Assembly (NCBI GenBank): GCA_020348445.1
Contig: CP070751.1
Location: 3,745,002-3,809,001, forward strand
Length of the DNA stretch: 64,000 bases
Direction: 5' to 3'
From: Thermoplasmata archaeon
Lineage (GTDB): Archaea; Thermoplasmatota; Thermoplasmata; GCA-020350865
Shown: positions 9,009 to 17,701 of the stretch, in pieces
Layout: every line of letters begins with the position of its first letter
Position numbering within the stretch: position 1 is the stretch's first letter
Notes under the pieces: model-generated
Seen by the model: only the letters and a program-made list of their open reading frames with translations
Told to the model about the DNA's origin: nothing
The model's database searches: none
Position numbers and translations under genes: made by a program

Positions 9009-10346
9009 TTATTTTCCAGGGTCAATCACTCTAATCTCATCACTGTATCCCTCAAACGACGTTCCATCTGCTAATTCTCCAGTAACCTTCAGATTATAGG
9101 TACCAGGCGACAGCATATCCTCTACTTCGCTTCTTTCAAACTTGACCATGAGAGTATCGCCTTGGATGTCACCCCATTCAGCTGGAATTGTATCTTCAAG
9201 TAAAACACTATTAACGTCTATATCGTTAACATCATAACCAGTGGGTAAATCGATATAACAGGTAATCCAATTTCCCTTTGATTTGAGATTAAGAGTATCT
9301 GGATCAATATCAACAATAGCTTCAATTGTATCATTATAAGAAGATGATGGGTACCTAAGGATTGAACTTCCTCCTACAATCAGAGCATATTTGCCATCAG
9401 GTCTCCAATCGACATCCCTAAGAAAGTCGATGGTATCAGTTTTCAATTCTATTAAACCTTCTTCATCATATTTGTAAACTCGCCCATAACCTCCAGCAAT
9501 TAAAGCATAACTTCCATCAGGGTTCCAATCGACATCAAATAGTGGAACCTGCATCCATACCCCTGGTGATGCTTCATAAGATATATTGCTATATAATTCT
9601 GTCAATGAAATACCGTCATATTTCCAAATAGAGCCTCCGCTTACCAGGAGTGCATAACTGCCATCTGGTTTCCAAGACACACCAAAAAATTGTTTTGCTG
9701 GTGTATACAAATTTGAAAATGTTGTTCCGTCATATTTTATAACTTTTTTCCCTACTATTAAGGCGTAGCTACCATCGGGTTTCCATTCAACATCAGAAAG
9801 TACGTTATTTACTTTATGAGCAATATGGAAATTAGACCCATTATATGTAATTACCAGCCCCCGTGGGTCCATATGATACCGATCATATAATCCGACAATT
9901 ACAGCTTGACTTCCATCAGGTTTCCAATCAATTCCAGTAAAAGCGTAGAATCTATAAAGGGTTCTATTATCAATATGTGTGTAATTGAAGGTTGTTCCAT
10001 TATAAACGTAAATCCTCATATCGCTTCCGAGTAGAGCATAACTACCATCCGGATTCCATTGACTACTGTAAAACGAATACATTTGATATTTTGCCCATAC
10101 CTGTGTATAATCTTGACCATCGTATGTATATGAAGTTTCACCAGTCATACCCAATAAGGCTAGGCTGCTATTCGGGCTCCAAGATACACTGTATAAGACC
10201 GGGGGGCATGGATGAGATAAACTCTCGACCTCCAATTCTGATTCAGGTGAATTACTCATTACATTCTCGTTTCCAAAGGAAAAAAAAACAAAAGATAGCC
10301 CCAATATCAATGAAATTATGCCATGAATTTTTGCCAACATTATCAA
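9009..10346 (-). CDS. Secreted beta-propeller (WD40-like) protein with conserved 101-aa C-terminal module
   Basis: Repeated V.WKPDGSYALIVG blades; N-terminal signal-like hydrophobic stretch; C-terminal IDIDPDTLNLKSKG...RVIDPGK. Confidence 0.8.
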   Translation of the reverse strand: MIMLAKIHGIISLILGLSFVFFSFGNENVMSNSPESELEVESLSHPCPPVLYSVSWSPNSSLALLGMTGETSYTYDGQDYTQVWAKYQMYSFYSSQWNPDGSYALLGSDMRIYVYNGTTFNYTHIDNRTLYRFYAFTGIDWKPDGSQAVIVGLYDRYHMDPRGLVITYNGSNFHIAHKVNNVLSDVEWKPDGSYALIVGKKVIKYDGTTFSNLYTPAKQFFGVSWKPDGSYALLVSGGSIWKYDGISLTELYSNISYEASPGVWMQVPLFDVDWNPDGSYALIAGGYGRVYKYDEEGLIELKTDTIDFLRDVDWRPDGKYALIVGGSSILRYPSSSYNDTIEAIVDIDPDTLNLKSKGNWITCYIDLPTGYDVNDIDVNSVLLEDTIPAEWGDIQGDTLMVKFERSEVEDMLSPGTYNLKVTGELADGTSFEGYSDEIRVIDPGK

Positions 10347-10470
10347 CCTCCCGGATTTTTATGATTTAATTAATATATCTTTGTAATACGATTTTTAAAT
10401 TATCCTTTTTAGATATAAATATATTGGCACAATCATCAAAATGTCAGCGATTATAATCTATTATAGCCTA

Positions 10471-10688
10471 GAGAATCCCCTCCTTAAGAAAAAGCTTGCA
10501 GAAGAAAGGGGCCCCTTCACTATATTGATGATGGATTCAGGGAGGAACAATCCGAAACTTCGGAGTAGCAAAACCTTTATCTTCGCATGACAATGATGGT
10601 TTTGGGGCTTGGGCTTAGAAATGGCATATCGCGGATTACAAATGACATTTCCAAGGCATTTCCGTTAAACAACAAAATGAGGGGATTA
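10471..10688 (+). repeat. Intergenic structured repeat, copy H (complete, inverted ends)
   Basis: GAATCCCCTCCTT left end and TGAGGGGATT right end; core GCAAAACCTTTATC...ATGATGGTTTT; GAAATGGCAT...ATGACATTTCC. Confidence 0.85.
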
Positions 10689-10689
10689 A

Positions 10690-11898
10690 ATGAAACACAA
10701 TATCTTTAAGATAATGATGATCAACCTGTTAGTAATTACATTTGTTATTAACAGTGGTTGCATATCAGAAGATGATGACAAAGATGAGGGTAGTGTTCCA
10801 GATAATAGCGAAGAAGCGCTTTTCCCTGAAGTCGTTCCCGCAACAGATGGTCCTCTTGCCGTAAATGAAATCGATACTTGGGCCTATGTGATCCAGGATG
10901 TAGAGGGAAACGCAGATCTTTTGGAGCGGTCCCGCTATGGGATGCTTGTAATAGAACCCACCCGGACAGATTTTTCAGATGAATCTTCTCGTTCATATAA
11001 AACAAAGGATTTGGTAACCCGGCTCAAAGCCTCAGCCGGTAATAATGAGGTCAACCGTAAGCTTGTCATTGCCTATATCGACATAGGTCAGGCTGAAGAT
11101 TGGCGGTGGTATTGGGAGTGGTCTGTAGATAGCGACTGGGACCCTTCTGAAACAAGCAAGCAAAGCGACTGGCCTTCGTGGATAATTACTCACGACCCTG
11201 ATTGGATAGGATGTTTTCCTGTGTTATATTGGCATGAAGACTGGAAGAATATTGTCATCAATGGTGATTTTGTTTGGAATGATGATGTTGTGGAGGTTCC
11301 TTCCGGGGATGAATATGGGGGTGAAGGTTACAACAGCATCCTGGATGAGGTTATCATAGACGGGTTTGACGGCATTTATCTGGATTGGGTGGAAGCCTTC
11401 AGTGATGAATCTGTTGTTACAGCTGCGGAAGCAGCGGGTATCGACCCTGTCGAGACCATGTTCGATTTCATAGAAGAAATGAGAGATTATGGGCGCACTC
11501 GATTTCAGGAGATGGGTAGAGATCCCAACGAGTGGGTATTAATACAACAAAATGCACCAGATCTTGCTGAGAGTAACGATCCAAGGAAATTTACAGTCAT
11601 TGATGGCATTGCCCAAGAAGGTGTGTGGTGGGAAGGAACTGGTGATTCGGGTTGGGATGATCCCGAGGGTTATGATGTAAGTACTAAAGAGATATTGGGT
11701 GCCGATTGGTACAATGATGTTCTAAATGTATGGCTTCCGGCATACAAGGATGCGGGAATACCCGTATTTGCCTGTGAATATGCATTGGAAAACGCAGAAG
11801 ATGTCTATGAAAACTTGGCACCCGATGCTGGTTTCATCCCTTACTGCACAAGACGGTCACTTTCAAAATTAACAACTACTCCACCAAGTTTTGAATAG
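10690..11898 (+). CDS. GH114-like / endo-alpha-1,4-polygalactosaminidase-like TIM-barrel lipoprotein
   Basis: Lipobox-like SGC after a hydrophobic leader; IAYIDIGQAEDWRWYW and GFDGIYLDWV motifs of the MJ1477/TM1410-type family. Confidence 0.72.
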   Translation: MKHNIFKIMMINLLVITFVINSGCISEDDDKDEGSVPDNSEEALFPEVVPATDGPLAVNEIDTWAYVIQDVEGNADLLERSRYGMLVIEPTRTDFSDESSRSYKTKDLVTRLKASAGNNEVNRKLVIAYIDIGQAEDWRWYWEWSVDSDWDPSETSKQSDWPSWIITHDPDWIGCFPVLYWHEDWKNIVINGDFVWNDDVVEVPSGDEYGGEGYNSILDEVIIDGFDGIYLDWVEAFSDESVVTAAEAAGIDPVETMFDFIEEMRDYGRTRFQEMGRDPNEWVLIQQNAPDLAESNDPRKFTVIDGIAQEGVWWEGTGDSGWDDPEGYDVSTKEILGADWYNDVLNVWLPAYKDAGIPVFACEYALENAEDVYENLAPDAGFIPYCTRRSLSKLTTTPPSFE

Positions 11899-11928
11899 GT
11901 TCGAAGTTGAATTTACTTTGAGCAGTTT

Positions 11929-11976
11929 GTCATTTCCAAGGTGTGCATCCATCTATAAGCAAAAGGAGGGGATTGG
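11929..11976 (+). repeat. Intergenic structured repeat, copy I (right end)
   Basis: GTCATTTCCAAGGTGTGCATCC...AAAAGGAGGGGATTGGC. Confidence 0.75.
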
Positions 11977-11985
11977 CGATATTTT

Positions 11986-13338
11986 TCATTTTCCAGGATC
12001 AATGACCCTTATCTCATCGCTATATCCCTCAAACGATGTTCCATCTGCTAATTCCCCAGTAACCTTCAAATTGTAAGTCCCGGGTGATAACATATCCTCT
12101 ACTTCGCTTCTGTCGAATTTGACCATAAGCGTATCGCCTTGGATGTCACCCCATTTGGCTGGTAATGTATCCTCGAGTATCACAGTGCTGATATCTATAT
12201 CGTTGACATCATAACCATTTGGGAGGCCAATGTAACATGTGATCCATTTGCCCTTTGATTTAAGATTGAGCGTGTCAGGATCGATATCAATAAATGAAGT
12301 AATGATTGAGGCCCAAGGTCGCATAAGAGGATAATAATCATAATATCTATCGGGGTGAGGAATCAGAGTATCACCTATTCCATCACCTGCAATTGAATGT
12401 TTTCCTGTTCCGCTACCGTCATCTTCACCTGTATAATCTGACCAGTAATTGCCTTCTAAAAGAACAGGATGATACCAATTGTTTCTACTTCTCGAAGGAT
12501 CATCAACTCGGGCATTAAAGAAATTATTATGATATATGGTATTTCCCCTAGAACCATACCCTGTACATATACCCCAATCTCGACCTGAAATTGTATTATT
12601 CATTATTATATTATTATTGGAACGATCCCATAGATTAATATCAATGTCATTTGAGAGGATAATATCGGTGATTAAGTTGTAATTTGAATGATAAATCAAA
12701 GAAATACCTACAAAATTATCTATTACAGTATTATAGGCAACAGTATTGTTATTACTATAAAAATATATATCGATACCATAGTAATTATTGATTACTAGAT
12801 TATATGTTATAATGTTATTGTTAGAATATTGTAAAATAATTCCACATTTATAATTCCAGGCCGAGTAATTCAAAGAGATGATGTTGTTTGTAATAATATT
12901 ATATCTCGAATAGTACGCATAAATACCATAATTGCTGTCTAATAGCATGTTACTATAAATGTTGCATCTATCTGAATTTATTTGAATTCCTGCGTCACCA
13001 GTTAAAGAGCCACTTTTTTTGATAGTGAAACCAGAGACATTTACCCAATCTGCATTAATATTAATAACATCCCCATTTCCACCACCATCAATAACGGTAG
13101 TGATATTGTCTTCTCCTTGTAATGTAATAGTTTTATTTATGAATATATTCTCATGGTAATTTCCTGCCCTCACATATACGATGTCGCCATGATTTGCTGC
13201 ATCTATTGCCTCTTGAATCGTGAAATAATCATCAGGAACGACGATTAATGTTGCACTAACTATTGGGGTATATATTACAATAAAGAAGGATACAATCAAC
13301 AAAGCACATATTACAAAGCTTATTGCTTTTTTTCGCAT
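11986..13338 (-). CDS. Secreted CASH/NosD parallel beta-helix protein with the same 101-aa C-terminal module as 9009-10346
   Basis: ATG 13338 behind GGAGGGGG; TIQEAIDAANHGD, repeated NNIITYN motifs, GNYWSDY; C-terminal IDIDPDTLNLKSKG module. Confidence 0.82.
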   Translation of the reverse strand: MRKKAISFVICALLIVSFFIVIYTPIVSATLIVVPDDYFTIQEAIDAANHGDIVYVRAGNYHENIFINKTITLQGEDNITTVIDGGGNGDVININADWVNVSGFTIKKSGSLTGDAGIQINSDRCNIYSNMLLDSNYGIYAYYSRYNIITNNIISLNYSAWNYKCGIILQYSNNNIITYNLVINNYYGIDIYFYSNNNTVAYNTVIDNFVGISLIYHSNYNLITDIILSNDIDINLWDRSNNNIIMNNTISGRDWGICTGYGSRGNTIYHNNFFNARVDDPSRSRNNWYHPVLLEGNYWSDYTGEDDGSGTGKHSIAGDGIGDTLIPHPDRYYDYYPLMRPWASIITSFIDIDPDTLNLKSKGKWITCYIGLPNGYDVNDIDISTVILEDTLPAKWGDIQGDTLMVKFDRSEVEDMLSPGTYNLKVTGELADGTSFEGYSDEIRVIDPGK

Positions 13339-13398
13339 TCTTACTCCCCCTCCATGAAAAATAAATGTATCTAGAGACATATAAAACCTTCTTTAAAA

Positions 13399-13545
13399 GA
13401 CAATCCGCTCCAGCGTGTCGAGTATGTGTGGGAAGGCCGAAACACACAAACCTCTATAAAGCAAGGAGCAATCCGTGAGCACAGAGTAGTAAAACCTAAA
13501 CCCCCGTAGAGTGATAATGGTTTTAGGACTTAAAGCCGAGGAGTG
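13399..13545 (+). repeat. Intergenic structured repeat, copy J (left end and core hairpin)
   Basis: GACAATCCG, AGCGTGTCGAG, GGAGCAATCCG, AAAACC...GTGATAATGGTTTTAGG. Confidence 0.8.
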
Positions 13546-13587
13546 AAAAAAAGATAAGGTCACTGTATCCGATAATAATGGGCTTAA

Positions 13588-15057
13588 TTAAACACCTTTC
13601 CCATATAGTTTGATCATAGATGGTTCTTTAACAGATAATAACTTTATTAATGGTCTAAGAAATTGATGTCTTTGATAAAAATAATGCACCCCGGTTTTTA
13701 GGATGAATCCTTTAATGGATTTTCTTCTATATCTGTCTTTTACGATAAAAGATGTAAGTAAATATTTTCTTAAGTGAAATCGGAATATTTTATCTAGTAT
13801 ATCACTTACAAATTCACTATGGTCATACTCTTCGATGTCTATCACAGGATGAACATAATTCCAATTTTGGTAGTCCCAATCTTTTATCCATGCCTTGTTT
13901 TTCTTATAATATTGTGTCCATGGATAGGGGGTAAAAATATATGGCAATACCAAATCGGGATCCCATTTTTGAACAGTTTTAAATTTCATATTTAACGAAT
14001 TTTTTGTTTCATGTCTATCTCCTACAAGTAAGTTTACGATAGTCATGATATCGTGCTTTTTTAAGTAAGCGATGGCCTGTTTATTTTCATATACTGTTGT
14101 TCCTTTTCTTAATTCGTTTAGAAGATGTTGATCAGTTGCTTCAACTCCCAAATCAACAGTTACAATTCCAGATTTTTTATACAGGGGTAAATATTCTTTA
14201 TCTCGAACTACATCAGTTACCCTTAAGTTTAAAGTCATATGTATTTGGAGATTGCGATTCACTACATCTTTTAGCATCTGAAGCCATAATTTCTGGTCAA
14301 AAGACGGATTTTCATCAGCAAAGAAGAAATGGGTCACACCGAATTTTTTGTTTAATAGTTCCAATTCATCAACAAATAGTTTTGGATTCCTTGTCCTGTA
14401 CTTTTTCCAGAAATTCCATTGACCGCAAAACTCACAAAAAAATGGACATCCTCTTGAAAAACCAACCACAGCCATCTTTTCATTTGTGACTTTGTTTTTA
14501 TAAATTTCCCAGTCTTCTATTAGCTCCCAAGCTGCACGCACAGAATCTAGATCTTTTATGGGCTCTCTGTCAGGATTCACTACATAACCTTTTTCATTTC
14601 TCCAAACCAACCCATTGATTTTCTCCATGGAACGATTTCCATTTATAGCCTTTAACAATTCCTTGATAGTTATCTCACCTTCTCCTCTTATTATATAATC
14701 AACCTCTGGATGTTCCTTCATGATCTGATGAAATGTGAATGTTGGATGTATTCCCCCTAAAACCGTTATGATCTTACTGTTAACTTTCTTTGCATTTTTT
14801 AAGATAGCAAGTGATTTTTTAATGGTGGCAGTAGATGCACTACTGCCAGTGCACACCATATCAGGTCTTCCTTTTTTTAATATCGAAATAATATCCCTTA
14901 TTGAAAGGTTCTTTTTGGAAGCATCGATTAACTTCACATTATGATTATCATCAATCAATGCACCGCCGACATACAAAAGCCCCAAGGGAGTCATTGTGCC
15001 AACAGGAATCTCAGCCCCACCACAATGATAATTAGGATTTATAAGCAAGATTCGGAT
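13588..15057 (-). CDS. B12-binding radical SAM protein, BchE-like (probable ATC start)
   Basis: RILLINPNYHCGGAEI N-terminus and SRGCPFFCEFCGQWNFW (CxxxCxxC) resemble BchE as I recall it; GGTGAT 4 nt before ATC 15057. Confidence 0.75.
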   Translation of the reverse strand: MRILLINPNYHCGGAEIPVGTMTPLGLLYVGGALIDDNHNVKLIDASKKNLSIRDIISILKKGRPDMVCTGSSASTATIKKSLAILKNAKKVNSKIITVLGGIHPTFTFHQIMKEHPEVDYIIRGEGEITIKELLKAINGNRSMEKINGLVWRNEKGYVVNPDREPIKDLDSVRAAWELIEDWEIYKNKVTNEKMAVVGFSRGCPFFCEFCGQWNFWKKYRTRNPKLFVDELELLNKKFGVTHFFFADENPSFDQKLWLQMLKDVVNRNLQIHMTLNLRVTDVVRDKEYLPLYKKSGIVTVDLGVEATDQHLLNELRKGTTVYENKQAIAYLKKHDIMTIVNLLVGDRHETKNSLNMKFKTVQKWDPDLVLPYIFTPYPWTQYYKKNKAWIKDWDYQNWNYVHPVIDIEEYDHSEFVSDILDKIFRFHLRKYLLTSFIVKDRYRRKSIKGFILKTGVHYFYQRHQFLRPLIKLLSVKEPSMIKLYGKGV

Positions 15058-15139
15058 TTATATCACCTTTATTCCTTATAGAAATAATATATACTATAAT
15101 TAAGAATTTCTAAAAGTCTCTTTGAAAGTTCCGAATATA

Positions 15140-15320
15140 GGGCAGATGGCCTGCGTATAAGGGAGGAATATAGAAAGTGCAGATTCCGCAGGCCTTCGTG
15201 AAGTGAGGACCAGTTCGAGAGGATTGATTGGCAAAAACTTTATCTTCGTAGGGAGATATTGGTACAAGATGCGGGGCTGTTAATGCCATTCCATAATATA
15301 AGCGAGGTCGTAGGTATGCA
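15140..15320 (+). repeat. Intergenic structured repeat, copy K (degenerate)
   Basis: GGCCTGCG/CGCAGGCC inverted pair; GCAAAAACTTTATCTTC-GTAG-GGAGATATTGGT. Confidence 0.6.
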
Positions 15321-15357
15321 AGATAATAAATGAGGAGAATTAATCGTATGTGATGAA

Positions 15358-15750
15358 GTGGATATTAAGGATCTTAGAAGAATGAATCTTGTTGGGACAA
15401 TTTTTTTTGCTCTTTTCGGGAGTATCGGTGTAGCATCTATTTTTAATAGTTATTACAGTATTCAAAGACAATTTCCAAAATATGACTTTTCTGGAACTTT
15501 AAACCTTGCAATAATTTTACTTTGCATAGTAGTAATTTTTACAATTCTTTTATATAGATTTACAGTGATTGGTTTAGATCGAGGGAACTATAAAGGTGCC
15601 AAATTTTTCACATTGATAGGGATTCTTGTTGGATGGATAGGTTGGATCATTCCTTCAATTGTATTTATAAAATCCTTTCTCTCATTCGATGAAGCGATCG
15701 GACGTATTAAGAAAATTGAAAGCCCCAAAATGTCATTGAGAGATAAATAA
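15358..15750 (+). CDS. Hypothetical membrane protein (3-4 TM)
   Basis: Hydrophobic segments; C-terminal half homologous to ORF 21427-21792. Confidence 0.65.
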   Translation: MDIKDLRRMNLVGTIFFALFGSIGVASIFNSYYSIQRQFPKYDFSGTLNLAIILLCIVVIFTILLYRFTVIGLDRGNYKGAKFFTLIGILVGWIGWIIPSIVFIKSFLSFDEAIGRIKKIESPKMSLRDK

Positions 15751-15835
15751 AGAAGATCTTTAAAAATAAAGTTAGGGTAAGACGGAGGTGGAAGGGCGAA
15801 AAAGATAAAATACATTAAAGCGTTGAATAAGAGTA

Positions 15836-15868
15836 TTAAGCCAAGTTCATGGCTTAAAGGCGAAGGTG
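15836..15868 (+). repeat. Short hairpin repeat (second motif family), copy 1
   Basis: Perfect TTAAGCCA-agttca-TGGCTTAA hairpin followed by AGGCGAAGGT. Confidence 0.55.
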
Positions 15869-15889
15869 ATTAACAGTTGAGGGATTCAC

Positions 15890-16120
15890 ATGGGAAATTT
15901 GTTACATTTATTCCATCATCATAAACGAAAAAAATACGAAACGGAGAAGATGAAAGAATCGACAAAAGAGCAATATGATAAGGAATTGAAGAATCAACCG
16001 AAAAAATTTGATTATTATTGCCCATCTTGTCTTTTTCAAACAGATACATATTCTAAAATCTGTCCTAAATGTAACAAAGGAAAATTACAACAAACAACCG
16101 GGAATGTTACTTCAAAATAA
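15890..16120 (+). CDS. Small zinc-ribbon protein
   Basis: CPSC...CPKC; GAGGG upstream of ATG. Confidence 0.6.
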   Translation: MGNLLHLFHHHKRKKYETEKMKESTKEQYDKELKNQPKKFDYYCPSCLFQTDTYSKICPKCNKGKLQQTTGNVTSK

Positions 16121-16272
16121 TGTATAATTAATACACTATGTAAAATCGGAATAATGAGGAAATAATGAAAACTGTTAAAGTACTTAAATACAATAAAGGT
16201 GTGTAGGGAAGGGGTTAAAGCACGAGGCAAAAAGCTTCAAATATATCTGGAACTTAGGAGGAAAATGAAATA

Positions 16273-16554
16273 ATGGCAAGAAAATGCCCCCACTGTAAAG
16301 CCCGACTAGGGACATTAGCCACTTCATGTTGGAAATGTAAATCCCCCGTAGATTATTACAAATCTCAATCAAAAGAAGTTGATCATAAAGAGATAGAAGA
16401 GCCTAGAAATATCGGGAAACTAGTTATTGTTCCATATGTAATGGTCACGATTTTGGCAATTATTTTAGTATTGATTATTGCTGTTGGGGGGGGAATTATA
16501 TCTACTTATTCTTCTAGTATATATGGGCATAATAGTATTCGGATCATTATTTAA
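16273..16554 (+). CDS. Zinc-ribbon membrane protein, N-terminal part (frameshifted at G8 tract)
   Basis: GGAGG RBS; CPHC...CWKC then a TM segment; G8 run at 16486-16493. Confidence 0.55.
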   Translation: MARKCPHCKARLGTLATSCWKCKSPVDYYKSQSKEVDHKEIEEPRNIGKLVIVPYVMVTILAIILVLIIAVGGGIISTYSSSIYGHNSIRIII

Positions 16555-16918
16555 AAAATCTTGGAAAGCAGAAAAAGTGATGGAATTGAATAAGATGGAC
16601 CCTTGGGAAGATTTTCCTTTTTGTGCCCATGGTAACATAATAGAGAACATTTTTACGGCACAGAAACTACCAGAATGGGAAGTAAAAAAATCGGGGTTAG
16701 TCGTAGACACTACCATTTTGATATTCGACTTTATTTTATGGATATTATTGATAATACTAATGCGCTTTCAAGGTCCAGATTTACATTGGTGGTCACATTT
16801 TGGCCCAATAATCGAAATTTTTGCCATATATGTTCTTTATCCAATATTTCTATTTATACTCATATTAATTTATTACAAGGATATCAAGATCTATAAATCT
16901 AAAAAACTTCAGCTGTAG
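16478..16918 (+). CDS. Membrane protein, likely the C-terminal part of 16273-16554
   Basis: Three hydrophobic segments; joins the upstream ORF if the G8 tract were G7. Confidence 0.55.
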   Translation: MLLGGELYLLILLVYMGIIVFGSLFKKSWKAEKVMELNKMDPWEDFPFCAHGNIIENIFTAQKLPEWEVKKSGLVVDTTILIFDFILWILLIILMRFQGPDLHWWSHFGPIIEIFAIYVLYPIFLFILILIYYKDIKIYKSKKLQL

Positions 16919-17049
16919 TTATAAATATGAATTGCCATAAGGCATACTTTTTTTGCCCTTAGTATTTATATGCTGCACTGACATAAGCAGTGGGGGCTCC
17001 CAGGGCAATCCCACAAAAGGATAATAAGTATCCAATATACCATTTAATT

Positions 17050-17080
17050 TTAAGCCAAGATTTGAACTTAAGGCGAGGGT
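17050..17080 (+). repeat. Short repeat (second motif family), copy 2
   Basis: TTAAGCCAAGATTTGAACTTAAGGCGAGGGT, matching 15836-15868. Confidence 0.5.
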
Positions 17081-17134
17081 TTGCATCACATAATTGTATG
17101 AAAGGGTGCATTGAACATCCTGAGGCGATAGCTG

Positions 17135-17566
17135 ATGAATAAGAGAATGGAAATAAAAGAGGAAGTTATTAAATTATTGATCGAGCTCTCAAAGGATTTT
17201 TATCCGAGACAATATATTTGTAAATTAGTGAGATCAGATGAAATCATCGATGAAATCTCGATTTTATCGAATCTTAAAAAGAAAATACCAGAATTAAAAC
17301 CTGTTCTACTGAATTTATTGGGTCCCTTTTCGTACAGCCCCTTTCTTGAACAATTTGCAGTAAGCCCCGACATATTATTTGAACAGGATTTTGTTGGTTT
17401 TGCAATCAGCCATATTGATGACTCATCAACACCCACAGAATATGATAAAAAATTGTTTGCACATTGTGGTGATGTTCACATTATAATCGCTCATCCTTTT
17501 AATAATTGTTCTTGGGCTGCTTATGATAATAATGGAAATAAAATCAATTTAGAAATAATAAATTGA
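17135..17566 (+). CDS. MPN/JAMM-fold protein, archaeal type, degenerate metal site
   Basis: VGFAISHIDDSSTPTEYDKKLF and VHIIIAHPF...WAAYDNNG match the archaeal JAMM layout; HxH is reduced to IxH. Confidence 0.68.
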   Translation: MNKRMEIKEEVIKLLIELSKDFYPRQYICKLVRSDEIIDEISILSNLKKKIPELKPVLLNLLGPFSYSPFLEQFAVSPDILFEQDFVGFAISHIDDSSTPTEYDKKLFAHCGDVHIIIAHPFNNCSWAAYDNNGNKINLEIIN

Positions 17567-17701
17567 AATTAAAGTTGTATCCGACCAAAAGGAGCGGAGC
17601 CTAGAGGCTGGGAGTAAAAGAGTAAAACAGTATAGCCGTCATCTTCAATAGCGTCATAGAAAGTTTTAAATAGTTAAAATAACTATAATAGTTATGATAA
17701 C

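Noticed and set aside
8801-10688. Target-site duplications around complete repeat copies G and H (intact MITE/IS)
   Set aside because: The flanks show no matching direct repeat and no transposase ORF is present.
1041-15320. CRISPR array
   Set aside because: The repeats are ~200 bp, diverged and separated by whole genes, not by 30-40-nt spacers; no cas genes.
1041-15320. Classical integron attC sites
   Set aside because: No consistent RYYYAAC/GTTRRRY cores, the elements are longer than typical attC, and no intI is in the window. Kept only as an analogy.
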